A stretch of 64,000 nt of DNA from the human T2T-CHM13v2.0 reference genome, Homo sapiens, in the NCBI RefSeq assembly GCF_009914755.1, contig NC_060931.1; one strand, written 5' to 3'. The notes under the pieces were generated by a model that saw only the letters and a list, made by a program, of their open reading frames with translations, was not told the origin of the DNA and made no database searches. Of the stretch, positions 40,201 through 53,643 are shown piece by piece; positions within the stretch are counted from its first letter, which is position 1, and every line of letters begins with the position of its first letter. Position numbers and translations under genes: made by a program.

Positions 40201-43200
40201 GTATGTGCTTTCTAAGGTGTGGTGTGGAGTCTTGGAACTGAGTTTGGCACTGCCAAAGCACTCATGGGCCCTGCCAGTGACAGGAGAGGCTTGAGGTTCT
40301 CCTGGCCTGTCACACTTGCGGTCAGAGAGAAACGGACCCCCCAAATGTGGACAGATCCCCAGCGGGAGTGGGTTTTCCATCTCGGTCAGCTGGTGCCGCC
40401 CATTGGCGTGTTGTGTGTGTGTGGTTGTCGGGCTCATTTTGAACAGAGCCTGTGGCAGTGCTCAGCCTCCCGCAGTTATTCCCTGTGCTCCCTCCTCCCA
40501 ACATGAGGCTATTTTTAGTAAGACTGTACTTAAGAATATCGTATCCAGTTATACTAAAATTTTCCATGCCCTGCTTATGTAAGAGTTTCCTTCTTCAGTT
40601 CTGAGTAATACCTTAGTCTTGAGTCTCCTGTGACATATAATTTAGGTAGAGGAGGGAATTGGGTTCAGCTAACCCAGGTGCATTAGAGTTGGAAAAGCAA
40701 ATGGAACTGTGTTTTCTTGGGCGGGAAGGGGGCTTCTCTGATCCCCCAGACTTGATCTCCCCCAACCTGCTATTATAGGCTTTCATGGCACCCTCTAGTT
40801 TTCCTGTTTTTGTGTTTATCACATTGGCAATAGAATATTTATGTGATTTTAAAATTAGTATCTGCCCCCCGCCAATACCTTGGACACAGCAGAAGCCAGA
40901 AATGCAGTCTTTTTTGTTCACTATTTTATCCCCAAACATAAAGTGTTGTCCGATGGCATAGTGAAATATATTTGTGGAATAAATGAATGAATGACTATAC
41001 GAATGAATGAAACTACACTTTCTACTTAAATTTTTAATTTGTTATGAAGACAGAAAAAGAATGGGCTGTCCAGCAAATGTTGCTGTGTGGTTGGGCATAG
41101 TGTCAGAGTCAAAAAGAAAATGATATAGTTCAGCATTTATCACAATTTTTTAAAAAAGCAATAAAATGATATCTCATGTGGAAGTCCAATATGCAAAGCA
41201 AAGAAGGGAAAATGCCCTATTTGAAGTGGGGAAAAGGAGGTCTTGCTTTATCGTCTAGCCTCTCAGCGTCCAGCTTTAAACCACTGATCAATTCCCTTCT
41301 CTCAGGAGGGGGAGCTGTGAGCCAGAGAGAGTTGGCTATCCAAGGTCTCACAGTCGGTTACCAGGTAGGGATGAGGCTAGAACCAGGTGTTTTGATTCCC
41401 AATTCTATTGTAGGAGTGATGATCAAGCATATTTTAACTGTAATCCTTTTTTCAAATGAGACTTCAGCAGATTGGATTCGTATGGTGGTAGGACCAAGGC
41501 TATTTTTTAAGACACCCAGAAGATCCACTGAACCACTTGAAAACTACGCAAGTACATGTCATAGGCCAGGGAGGAACCTATGCCAGGCATCTCTCAATAA
41601 AGTAAAGGATGGAATTTCAGGCAAACATATAAACTAAAAACAACTGGCACCTACAGGAGCACTCAGGTTGCCAGAAATTCTCTTGCTCCCCTTTGAGGAG
41701 AAGTAGGCAATGGCAGCCCCGTGAAGTCTATCAGAGGCTCAGTGAAGACATCAAATAGAAGGCCTTTGTCCTCTGGGTCCTGGGGTGACATGCAGGCACC
41801 TCTGTCTCCTGTCCTGTAGCAAGTACTTTCTAAGTCCTGTGGAAAGACTGGTGACCCAGGCAGCAGATGCTCTGCAATCCTCCGTCTGCTGTATTCTAAG
41901 GCAGGAGAGTGGACTGTACACTTTAGGAGAATTTTGCGCAGAGAGTGAGACAACTACCCAGAAAATTCAGTTAACCATTCTGGTTACATTGGGCTTTTAA
42001 CGTAAATGTACCTTACCTAATTTCCCAAAAGTGTCTTTGACATTCAAGCTATTTTTATTCCCTCATTGTAATATAGTCTCCCTAAAGTAGTTGTTATCTT
42101 AAGATACTTAAGATATTTTCATGAGATACTGATAAGTGCCCTGATTTATACAGCAGTTATTAGCTGTTATACAATGAATCGGAGTGTATATTTTACAGGA
42201 AAATTACTCATTAATATCTACTACATAATAATTTTGACATTCATTCAGCACAAAGCTCGCCTGATTCCAGGAAAGCCCTGCAATTTAATGTTAATATTTC
42301 TAGTAACTTGTTCTAACCTCTTAGGTATAGGATAGATAAAAATGCCTATGTAAATTGAGATTTTGAAAAACAATATCTAGATTCATATAAAGGCTGTGTC
42401 TGTTGTGAGCCAAGTGATGTGAAAAAGCATAAGGGATAGTCAGGCAATTCAGGGGCTTAAGTCTCTCTTACTGAGAGAAAAAGCAAGAAGGCTACAATAA
42501 ATATAGGATCTTTCCCCTAACTCTCTTTATTGTAAGCTTCATTTAATCTTAGACAAAATAGTTTTTGTTTTTAATCTCTTACTGAAAAGAATAGTAAAAC
42601 TGTCCCGGGTTTTGTCTGATGAATCTGTTGAGTTTGGTTGTAGTCCATGGGCTGTGGGTCTTAGTCCTGGAGTCCTGCTGCATGGATGAGAGGAGTAGGA
42701 AGGGGGAGGACTTGGCATGCCCTGAGGGCCTGCTCTGCCAGACTCCTTGTCAGGTGCCTGGCTAGTCTGCAAAATCACAGAGTGCCCCATGTCCAGCCAC
42801 GGCTCGGCAAGACTGGGTGTCACTGGGCGAGTGGGTTGGGGACTGACACATGGCTGGGTCCCTGAGGCCAGCCTGCATATTGCTGCATGCATAGCTGTGT
42901 TTATCCAAATTACTTAGGGGAATTTAAATCCTTGCTGTTGTGGTGTAGTAAGTGTCAGTAAGGTGAGAGAATCTGTATTTTTAAAAAACATCCAAAGGGA
43001 ATATTTGATATAGGCAAGGATGGAAAATACTGGTATCGTTTAATTCCAAAACCTACTACTGAAGACTTTCATTTGCCTTTTGTTTTTAAGGTTGGGGTGT
43101 AAAGTGAGTCAGTCCTGACTGCCTCTCTGTGCTCTTCACATTGACCTGCTTCAGTTGTCTCTATCATCGCTGGTGTCAGTGTTAGATGCAGAGCTTACAA

Positions 43201-43625
43201 GCTAAAAAAATATTCAGGCTGCAAATACTTATGAATCTGTAGGGTTAGTGTTCCCTACAGACTCCGTTTTTTAAATGAAGGGATATATATTTTATAAAGT
43301 TATTCCTTGGAGCAAAAAATGAAGAGGAAATTTGCTTAGGCATGCCTCTATTCCTATCACATTTTATTCTAGTTGTTTATTGAATCACCTGCCTCATGCG
43401 TTGGATGCTAGTTCTTTTAGGGTAGAGATTTTGTTTTTGTCTCTGTGTCCGTACCCAACATAGTACCTGACATATATAATATGTGGCCAGTAAATGTTGG
43501 CTGAAAGCTTGTATGAATGAGTGAGAAGTTGATAAACTTAGTCAAAGAAGTGGAATAGTTGTCTTTTCCACTCTTCCCTGAAGCTGTATATAAATTAATG
43601 ATTTTTTTTTCTCTCCCAATGATAG

Positions 43626-43861
43626 GCAAAGGAAAATCCTCTAAAAACAAGCCTTGAACTCATCACCAGATACTTTCTGGATCACTTTGGAAATACGGCT
43701 AACAATTTCACTCAAGATACCCCAATCCCTGCACTCTCAGTTCCAAAGAAAAATAACAAAGTGCCATCAAGATGCTCAGAGACTACACTGGTAAATATAT
43801 ATGACCTTTCAGATGAAGATGCAGGATGGAGAACATCATTGTCAGAAACAAGCAAAGCCAG
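43626..43861 (+). CDS. MINDY4: MINDY4 exon 3
   Basis: Pyrimidine tract...GATAG|GCA; [22 protein letters not shown]...SLSETSKA; AG|GTATCT; 236 nt, phase 0/2. Confidence 0.93.
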
Positions 43862-43987
43862 GTATCTTTTCCCATTATTATGTTTATTAGTTTCCTATTG
43901 CTGCCATAACAAATTACTATGTACTTCATGGCTGTTTCAGTCAGTATTCTCCAGAGGAACAGAATCAATATAGTCTCTGTGTGTGTA

Positions 43988-44022
<35 letters not shown>

Positions 44023-44068
44023 ATGTATCTATATGCATATGTACCTGTATGTATACATAAAGAAGTTT

Positions 44069-44370
44069 GGCCAGGTGCAGTGGCTCACGCCTGTAATCCC
44101 AGCACTTTGGGAGGCCAAGACAGGAGGATCATTTGAGGCTGGGAGTTCGAGTTCAGCCTGGATAACATAGAGAGACCCTGTCTCTACAACAACAACAAAA
44201 AATTAGCTAGAGGTGGCAGTGTGCACATATAGTCCCAGCTACTTAGGAGGCTGAGGCTGGAAGATCACCTGAGCCCAGGAGTTCAAGGCTGCAGTGAGTT
44301 ATGATCACACCACTGCATGGTAGCTTGGGAGATGGAGTGAGACCCTGTCTCTTAAAAAAGAAAAAAAAAA
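44069..44370 (+). mobile_element. AluJ-like element
   Basis: GGCCAGGTGCAGTGGCTCACGCCTGTAATCCC...polyA; nested in MLT2/MLT1-type LTR sequence (about 43880-45300). Confidence 0.85.
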
Positions 44371-45100
44371 GTTTATTTTAAGGAGCTGGCTGATGGGACT
44401 GTAAGGGCTGGCAAGTCTGAAATCTGTAGGGCAGGCTGGAAATCTGGAAACTCAGACAGGATTTTTATGTTACAATCTTGAGCAAGAATTTATTTGAGAA
44501 ACATCAGATTTTGCTCTTAAGGCCTTCACCTGATAGGATGTGGCCCACCCACATCATTGGGATAATCTGCCTTACTTAAAGTCAACTGATTGTAAATGTT
44601 AATCACATTTACAAAATGCCTTCACAGCAACAGCTAGATTGATACTTGACTAAACAATTGGGTACCATAGCCTAGCCACATTTTTAATCCTCACAGTAGT
44701 TAAAGCAATACCAATTTATTCTCTTACAGTTCTGGAGGTCTGAAGTGTAAAATCAGTCTCACTAGACTAAAGGCAAGGTGTTAGCAGGCCTGGTTCTGTC
44801 TGGAGGTTCTGAGGGGAAAATCCATTTTCTTTTCTTTTTTAGCTTCTAGAGGCCACCTATGTGCCTTGACTCTTGGCCCCTTCTTCCATTTTAAAGGACA
44901 TCACTCTAGCCTCTGCTTGTGTTGTTACATCTCCTAACTTTACTACCTTTGATCCTCATGTCTCCTTCTAAGAAGGACCCCTGTGATTACATTGGGCCCA
45001 CCAGATAATCCCATTTTAAGACTCCGAATTTAATCACATCTGCAAAATCCTTTTCACTGTGTAGCTAGCCCACTTACATAGTTAACCAAAAATGGGTTAA

Positions 45101-45240
45101 CCCACTTATGCCTAGTGTTCCATTATTGGAACACTAAGCATGAGGGAGTTATTTATATCCTACTGCTCAAGGTCATTGCCAAGGTCTGATTTTTCACTCA
45201 TGCAAAAATTTAAAAAATTACAACCTCTGGCATAAATGAA
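45101..45240 (+). mobile_element. MER85 (piggyBac PGBD3-derived MITE)
   Basis: 140 bp between TTAA (45097-45100) and TTAA (45241-45244); CCCACTTATGCC...GGCATAAATGAA termini; internal palindrome GTTCCATTATTGGAAC at 45117-45132. Confidence 0.9.
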
Positions 45241-46389
45241 TTAATAGATTCTGGGGATCAGGATGTGAAAATCTTTGGGGGGGTCACTATTCAACTTCCC
45301 ACGCTTTGTGTTTTCAAAATCTCTGCTGTGAAGTGCTGTTATTTTCCTGTTGAGGCTGTGAGAATGGACTACTTTGTGATGAAGAGTAGTTACAATTCAC
45401 TGTTTATTTTAAATTCCATGATCGTAAGGTTCAAGCACTTGCTTTATTTGATTTTCGTAAAAACAGGGGTATGGTATTCTAAAAGGCAACAGAACACTGC
45501 AGAGATGGGAAAAATCTGGAAAATAAGCTCTTTTAAAAATCTTATAAAGAAAATGAATTGGCATTCTTGATTGAACCTCTATTATCTGGAAAACAATGAC
45601 ATTAAATTATGACCTTAAGACACTGCAGTCCCCAGTAGTGAGCTTAACTTCCTGGGAATGGGTGCTTTCTTCTGGTTCCATTGAAAAGCACTTCCTTTCC
45701 TGAGGGTCGCTGAAGCTCAGGGTATGGGTGTCGAGCTGCCAAAAGGTGGCACCATGACAAGCAATTAGCACAAGGATTCAGAGGTGGAGGTTCATAAGGG
45801 GCTATGAAGAAGCTCTTCCTCCGAGGCACTTACTACCTGGCTGGGAAGTGAAATACTTCTGGTACAATAAAAAGGCAACTAGGAAGTTGAAGCTCCTGAG
45901 TCCCACCCAGTTACCCAAGCCAAAAATTTGGGTGTTCTTGCCTCCGCCTCGTCCGTCATCTTCTGCATCTGTGAGTCCTGTGAGCTCTTCACCCAGAGTG
46001 ATAGTAGGCACTTTCCTTCTTTCCTCCTTTCTCTGCCCACCGGCGAGGGCCTCAGTTCACACTCCCATCCTCTTTTCCTGGTTAATTCCCACAGCCCCTC
46101 CCTGGTCTCCAGGGCTCTAGTGATCTTCCCCTCAAATCCGCCCTTGCCCTAAGATAGCGTGAGCTTTCCACGAAAAGAGTCTGGCCATGCCGCTATCCTG
46201 CCGAAGGGCTTCAGACGTTCCCTGCAGCTTTCATGGTAAACTCCTTAGAATACAAGCCCCGGCTGCTCCCCTGAGCACATTCTGCCTTAGAGGCCTGCGT
46301 GCTGGGGCTGGGCCTTCTGGGGACCTCTTGCTGCCTGGTTCTCTCAGACTCAGGTGCTGCCTTCTCTGGGAGCCCTTCAGAATTTCCCC

Positions 46390-46478
46390 AGGCTGGTTCC
46401 AGCCTCTTCTCTGCCTGACATGCCGCAATCACAAGGCTGGTTCCAGCCTCTTCCTCTGCCTGACATGCCACAATCACA
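46390..46478. repeat. Near-perfect 44/45-bp tandem duplication
   Basis: AGGCTGGTTCCAGCCTCTTC(C)TCTGCCTGACATGCC(G/A)CAATCACA occurs twice. Confidence 0.9.
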
Positions 46479-46917
46479 GCACACACGACTGCCCCTCCCA
46501 CATGTGACCCAGTGCCTGGTAAGCAGCTTGGCATAGGGTAGGGGGCAATACCCATTTATGGCAGAGCCCAGTGGTAGAAAATAGCTGAGCCTGTGTCACA
46601 GGAGTGCTGGCTTCTGGGTGATCAGAGGTAAGATTCCCCTTTGCCTAGGTCTCTCACTTTGTCTCGTGGGCTCTCTCTTGTTCTTTCTCACTCTGTGCTT
46701 ATTCTCACTGTCTCTTGCCTTCTTTTTTTTTTTTTTTAATTGATCCACACTTTATTCAATGGTGTGCCCAACACAGTCTCAGAGACAAAGAGCAGTCTGA
46801 AATTTCCAGATGCTTTGGTAGGTCAGAAGCACATGCCATCCACCCTCTTACACTCCGCTCAACTCCCCTCACCTTCTTTTGTTCTTTCTTGCTCTCTTAC
46901 TTCCTCTCTCTCTCTCT

Positions 46918-46952
<35 letters not shown>

Positions 46953-47397
46953 ATTGGCACACCTGACTTCAGCTTTAGCTGAACAGTGGGGAATGCCAAG
47001 TTTGCTATGGGTCTTCTCCACGCCTCTCAGTGGTGTGCGGCAAGGCTGGGCTTCGCATACCGCATGACTGTACTGAAAGGTTATAGTTTTCCTTAATCAT
47101 TCAGGTCTGGAAGACTAAGGATGCTCTTTAGTCTTAAGGACTTGAGGGGTCCTGTTATGGATCATCATCTCTGAATTTGTTTGCTTGTTTACTGGTCTTA
47201 TTTTATAGGGCAGACTTGCCTTGATACCAGAGTATTTTCTGTTCCTTGTCTTTCATGATAACGCACTGGCTGGTTAGAAGTCATCATAGATTTATTAATG
47301 GGCTTGCTTTGAATGCACATTGAATGTGGAATTTGCTATCTTTGTTACTGATTCCTTTTGGGGAGTCTGTTTTAATGGAAATATTCCTTTTTCACAG

Positions 47398-47641
47398 ACA
47401 TGACAATCTTGATGGAGATGTACTTGGTAATTTTGTATCATCTAAAAGGCCCCCGCACAAAAGTAAGCCCATGCAGACGGTCCCGGGTGAAACTCCTGTG
47501 TTGACTTCTGCATGGGAGAAGATAGACAAGCTTCACTCGGAGCCTTCCTTGGATGTGAAGAGGATGGGAGAGAATTCCAGGCCAAAGTCTGGTCTGATTG
47601 TGCGAGGCATGATGTCTGGGCCCATCGCCAGCTCCCCACAG
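47398..47641 (+). CDS. MINDY4: MINDY4 exon 4
   Basis: TTTTTCACAG|A; [19 protein letters not shown]...[12 protein letters not shown]; CAG|GTGGGG; 244 nt, phase 2/0. Confidence 0.93.
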
Positions 47642-47979
47642 GTGGGGCTGTTGCTCTTTCTGTTGTTATGGGACTGGAGGCTGAGAACTGGGCTGGGCTT
47701 AAGGCACGCCTGGGTTTATTTGGGGTACCCCACAGGGCAGTCCGAGAAGAGGGTCTGTGTGTGGGGTGGGAAGAACAGTGCCTCTGTTTTCTCCCTGGCT
47801 CTACTGTCAATGACACGTGGGGCCTTGAGCAGGCCTCCTTTCCTGCCCTTAGCTTACCCATTTTGTTTGTGAGGTGGATGCCATGGTTTTCTGTTCCTCT
47901 GCTGGGTAAGAATACCTACTCAGCTTTGTCTTTGCAGTTCAGGAGTGGAGAACCTATCCAGGTTCAGAGAGCATCTTTA

Positions 47980-48303
47980 GGCTGAGTGTGGTGGCTTACA
48001 CCTGTAATCCCAATGCTTTGGGAGGCCAAGGTGGAAGAATTGCTTGAGCCTAGGAATTTGAGACCAGCCTGGGCAACATAAGGAGACACTTGTCCCACCG
48101 CCCCATCTCTACAAAAAATCAAAAAGTTAGGCAGGTGGGGTGATGTGCATCTGTAGTCCTAGCTACTCAGGAGGCTGAGTGGGGAGGATTGCTTGAACCT
48201 GGGAGGTTGAGGCTACAGTGAGCTGTGATCATGTGACTGTACTCTGGCCTGGGCAAGACTGAGACCCTGTCTCAAAAAGAAAAAAAAAAAAAAAAAGGAA
48301 AAA
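47980..48303 (+). mobile_element. AluJ-like element
   Basis: GGCTGAGTGTGGTGGCTTACACCTGTAATCCC...polyA; AGCATCTTT on both sides. Confidence 0.85.
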
Positions 48304-49449
48304 ACAGCATCTTTTAAAATAAATCTAAAACACAATAGTCAAAAGGGGCTAAACCCCCCAAGCCTTATAGTTTCATTTATTCTGCTTTTATTTTTTTCTC
48401 TTTCAAAGAAAGATTATAAAAATTTCACATTATTGTTTTATAGTCTCTCTTACAGGGTGACCATGGTAGAATTCCATTAGGCAGAGAGACAAAACAAAAT
48501 GAGAGACAAATGTAAAAGAAGTTTGTAAAACAACAATCAGAAAAGCAAAACAAAAGCAAACACCAAACTCAAAGTGCCGTATCAGTCAAATCAGGGAGCC
48601 TGAGCCAATCAAAAACAGGGTGTCTGTGTCCACCTGCGCTCTCACTTACCTGCTGTATGTTTAGGTGTGGGTGCAGGTGCTGGCACTGTTCTCCCAATTC
48701 ATTTGGAATTAGGATGGAAAGAAGTGAGTCCTCTCCCTGCCCCTGGCTCTATCTTATGGGGTCTTTGGTCAAGGTTTTTATTTCTCTTGGCTGCAGTCTC
48801 TTCTATTAGACCAGCTGTCTAAGGCCCCTTAGGGCTCTGGGATTTCAGTGCTGTCAAGATCATGCAGTCTTGGGGTCCAGATCAAGGAAGAGCCTTCCCG
48901 CCACTGTGTAGTTCAGGCCACATCTTGATGTCATACCCCATTCTAGGCCTTCTTGTTGGAGAAGGACATTCATAAACTGAACCCTGTCCAGGGGAAAGGG
49001 GCTAGAATGGTGAACAGTTTGGAGGAAATTAAAAGATTTGGAGATGTTTAATCTTGTGGGAGGTTGGCAGAATGTAAGAGATTTCTTCGAATATGGAGGT
49101 TGGAATAGCCCATCTCCATGTGAGATAAACTCTATTTGCAATCTTGAGCTTAGTCTGTAAGCCTCCTGAGAGCAGGACACTGTTGTGTTTCTGTGTAGTG
49201 CATCATGTGTGCTTGCTGGCACCATTATTGGGTTGAGTGGTGTAGCCTTGCCTAGTAGCTCCAGACAGCACAGCTGGCACCAGTGGATGGAGGTTGGTAT
49301 GGGAGCCTTCCATTAGTCAGAGCCACCTCAGCAGTGGAAAAGGTTGTTTTGGAAGGGACTCGGCTAGTTATGTAAAAGGGAAGTTAGGTAACCCATCTGC
49401 TGGGGACACTGTGGAAGGAGCCCTGCCTGGGTGACAGTTTAGACCACAT

Positions 49450-50820
49450 CAGTGGTTCTTAGACTTTTAGCCTCAGGCTCTCTTTATACTCTTAAAATTA
49501 TTGTGGAGTGCAAAGAGCTTTTGTTTATGTGGGTGTGTCTATGCTATTTACTATATTTGAAATTAAAAGTGAGAAGTTAAAAATATTTACTTACAAAAAT
49601 CATTAAAAATAACAGTAGTAAACCTGTTGCATGTAACATGGTATATTTTAATGAAAAAATAACTATATTTTTCAAAACAAAAAATTAGTGACATGAGTAG
49701 CATTTTTTTGCAGATCTCTTTAACGTCTTGTTTAGTAGAAGACAATTCAAGCCTCATATTTGCTTTTGCATTCAGTGCGTTGCAATATGGTGTTTTGGTT
49801 GAAGTGTATGAAGAAAATCTAGCCTCACACAGATAAGCAGCTGGAAAAGGGAAAGTATTTTAATAGTCTTTTCAGAAAACTGAGATATTTTTCTTTGATA
49901 CTACACCAAAACTAGACAAGTTGTAGTTTCTTAATGTGAAATCTTAAACCATATCAGTGAACTTTTTGTACCTTATCAGTTTCGCTTGATATGTCTTGCA
50001 CTTTGAAGTTTTTACCCCTGAATGATTTAGTAACATAATATATTGGCCATTTGGAAAATATTGGTTAGTGAGTTATATAGATCTTCCAAATGTGGACACA
50101 TCTCATTAGACAAAAAGAAAATCACACCAAAAAATTTCATTCATTGATGTCACCCCCAGCTCATCCAAGAAGTTTTTAAGTATTGCAAAGCTCTCAAGCT
50201 CACGGTGGCAGATAGAAGTTTTCCAAAATTCTAATTTTTACCTGACAGCTTGTGTTTTATCACTGACAAAAATACACTATTTGTTTCCCTTGAGGTGACA
50301 GGCTCAACTGATTTTCAAGAAAATGCCTGCCAAATACCCACGCTTGAGTAACCATAGTTTGTCTGTCAGTGGTTCCATGAAAAAACCAGCAAGTTCACTC
50401 GCAGCCTAGATGGTCGTGCAGTGCCAGCTGCCATCCTCCACGGTCAGCGGAATGCCTGCCGTGTCCCTCCCACTGTGTCACTCAGGGTGTTGAAGAGGTG
50501 TGTGCTGGAGAGTCTAAGGGCATAAAATGAATAATTTTTGTGTCAGCATGGACATTCCTCGGTGAAGTCAGCACTTTATTCACCTATTTTCATTGTGAGT
50601 GTGTTGGTGGTAAAGAGGGCCTTGGGCACTAGTGGAGTTTGTTGCCATTGCCTTGATTCATGCCTGGGGCCAGCAGTTTTTCCCACTGTTGCTTTGTGCA
50701 CAAAGTCAACACAGTGGAAAAAGGCAAATTGTGTCATCTTACTACTATGAAAATAGTTTTGAATTCCCTAAAAGGATCTGGGGACTCTTAGGGGTTGGTG
50801 GACTACTCTGAGGACCGGTG
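49450..50820. mobile_element. Charlie1-type hAT DNA transposon (about 1.4 kb)
   Basis: CAGTGGTTCTTAGACTTTT...ACTCTTAAAATTATT...CAAAGAGCTTTTGTTTATGTGGG ... GGACTACTCTGAGGACCGGTG. Confidence 0.65.
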
Positions 50821-52097
50821 AACCAGAGAGGAGCGCCAGGGTCCTGTCTTAGCATGACGTCCTGATCATCAAGCGTGTCCAGTGGAGATGCCCTTTATAC
50901 CTGTGGTGTGAGGGAGATGGCTTGGACCTGCTTCACTGCCAAGGGCATTGCTGCAAACTTCTCCTTTTGGTAATTGTTTTGGGAGGTGGTATCTGAAACC
51001 CACAAAGGATGTTGAAGGATGGGTTGCTATAGAATTTCGCCAGATTCTCTAGAAGGGACATTGTGGCCTTTGAGTACCTTGGCCGTACTTATTGGTTGCT
51101 CAGGAGAAAAGCTCCAAAGATTGTTGGGTATTTCATCATATTTACTACATCACTTCTGTATTTAAGAATGACTTAAGAGGCTGGGCTCCCTGCAGCAGCT
51201 CCAGCTCCCTTCAGCCAGAAGTTTGAGTCTCCTCGGGAATGGTGACTAATGTCTTCCTCACTTTGTGGAGGGGATGTCCTGAGTGGCTTTGGGAGGAGGT
51301 TTATAGTGCTTAGTAATGTCTGCTTAGCCAGAACACTACAAAATTAAGGTTTCCTTATTCCAGTCCAGGCTTTACTATTTGGTCTTGGATTATTTCTGGA
51401 AATATTGAGAGGTTCAGAATTTTAAACCAAGGAAAAGCCTGGTAGGTCTGTTTTTGTCTCCCCACCCTCCCATTAATAACAACATGAGTTCCCATTTCCT
51501 CTACTCATCTTTGACGGTAAGGGAGGATATTTGGATATTTCAATTGACTCCTCTAGAATTCCTTCATTTCAAAAACTAAGCAAATCTTGAGTGCCTGTTA
51601 GGTATAGGCTGCTGAGCTGTGTGCTCTGTGAACACCAGAGGCGAATTAAGAATGACCTCTGCCATCAGGAGGGGGTTGAGACCATATGTAAGTGGGCACA
51701 GGGCAAATACGCATAGGAGTAGTGAGCGTTTGCTGACTGCTGCAATACGTCTGGCTCTGTGCTAGTGCCTTGCACAGGTCTCATTTCATCCTCCCTACAG
51801 TCTTGTTGGGGAGAAGTACTACAGGTGCCTCATCCCTCATCCAAAACCTTTGGGCTGGATGTCTTTTGGAATTTATAATTTTTTTTTTAATTTTGGAAAG
51901 GAAGTACAGTGCATGAGCCACATACCACATACTGCCTTTACTAGGGTTTGTGGTAGCACCCATAAGCAAAAAACATGACCATTTCAGCAACTCCATGTAT
52001 GAATATTCACACTTTAAAAAGACTGTAAGCAGCCTCACAGCAGTTAAGAATTTACCACAGGATTTTAAAAAACCTTTCATTTTCAGAGGTTTTGGGA

Positions 52098-52394
52098 TTT
52101 ATTTATTTATTTTTTTGAGATGGTTGTCTTGCTGGCCCAGGCTGGAGTACAGTAGTGTGATCTCGGCTCACTGCAATCTCTGCCTCCTGGGTTTAATTGG
52201 TTCTGCTTCCACCTCCCGAGTAGCTGAGATTACAGTCATGCACCACCAAGCCTGGCTATTTTTTTGTATTTTTAGTAGATATGGGGTTTCACCACATTGG
52301 CAAGGCTGGTCTCGAATTCCTGACCTAAAGTGATACACCCGCCTTGGCCTCCCAAAGTGCTAGGATTACAGGCATGAGCCACCATGCCCAGCCT
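52098..52394 (-). mobile_element. AluS-like element inside a Tigger-type MITE (about 51820-52430)
   Basis: (TTTA)n tail...GAGCCACCATGCCCAGCC; GGTTTTGGGATTTA on both sides. Confidence 0.85.
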
Positions 52395-52813
52395 GGTTTT
52401 GGGATTTAGAAATGACAGGTAGTGGATTGTGGACTGGTTATATTACAGGTGAGGAAATCAGGGACAGAGAAGTTAAGCAGCTTGCCACAGGTGACACAGT
52501 TGGTAGGTGGTGATGCAGACTGGAGCGACGGCTTCACCTGCTGCATGAACCTGCTCTCTGTAAGGGCTGCGAGAGAAAGGCCCAGGCCTGCTCTGAGGTT
52601 CCAGCAGGCGGGGTGTGCATCACTGAAAGCCCAGAGGTGGGAGCATTTGAGTAGCTCCTTAAATAATAGGCAAGATTTTAAGGGAAAGAGTCCGAGGTGG
52701 GAAAAGACATTCCTGGGAGAGACATCACATCATGGGCAAATGCTTGAAGTGGGATCTTTGTTTTCCAGCTCCCCTCAAAGGGTCCTCACTGCTTTTGTCC
52801 TTACTCCCTTTAG

Positions 52814-53223
52814 GATTCTTTTCACAGACACTATCTGAGACGGTCCTCACCGTCAAGCAGCTCCACCCAACCCCAAGAAGAGAGCCGGAAGGTCCCTGAG
52901 CTCTTTGTCTGCACCCAACAGGACATTCTGGCTTCGAGCAACAGCTCCCCCTCCAGGACCTCCCTGGGTCAGCTTAGTGAACTGACCGTAGAAAGGCAGA
53001 AAACCACTGCCAGCAGCCCTCCCCATCTGCCCAGCAAACGGCTGCCCCCATGGGACAGGGCCAGGCCGAGGGATCCCTCCGAGGACACCCCAGCAGTGGA
53101 CGGCAGCACAGACACGGACAGGATGCCCTTGAAGCTCTACTTGCCTGGTGGTAATTCCAGGATGACCCAGGAGAGGCTGGAAAGAGCGTTCAAACGGCAG
53201 GGCAGCCAGCCCGCACCTGTCAG
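52814..53223 (+). CDS. MINDY4: MINDY4 exon 5 (gene continues beyond the window)
   Basis: CCCTTTAG|GAT; [27 protein letters not shown]...[16 protein letters not shown]; AG|GTGAGT; 410 nt, open and in frame with exons 1-4 (cumulative 1073 nt). Confidence 0.93.
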
Positions 53224-53438
53224 GTGAGTGTGCTATGCAAAGGTGACGGCTTTTCAAAAAGAAGCTCCACCTCTCACATGTTGTCTAGTCCCTAATGGCT
53301 CCGAAGGGAACTTCTTAGTCTCCTTGGTCTCTCAGAACAAGCCTGCGAAGTAACCGGCAAGGTAGAGTTTGTTATGGTCAACCAGGAAGAAAACTCAGCC
53401 AGAGCTCACACACCTGGAAAGCTGAAGAATGCTCTAGA

Positions 53439-53643
53439 CAGGGGTGTCCAACCTTTTGGCTTCCCTGGGCCACATTGGAAGAACAATTGTCTTGTGCCAC
53501 GCATAAAATATACTAACAATAGTTGATGAGCTAAAAAAAAATTGCAAAAAAAACTCAATGTTTTAAGAAAGTTTATGAATTTGTGTTGGGCTGCATTCAA
53601 AGCCATCCTGGGCTGCATGTGGGCTGCGGGTTGGACAAGCTTG
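53439..53643. mobile_element. MER30 DNA transposon
   Basis: CAGGGGTGTCCAACCTTTTGGCTTCCCTGGGCCACATTGGAAGAA...GCGGGTTGGACAAGCTTG. Confidence 0.85.
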
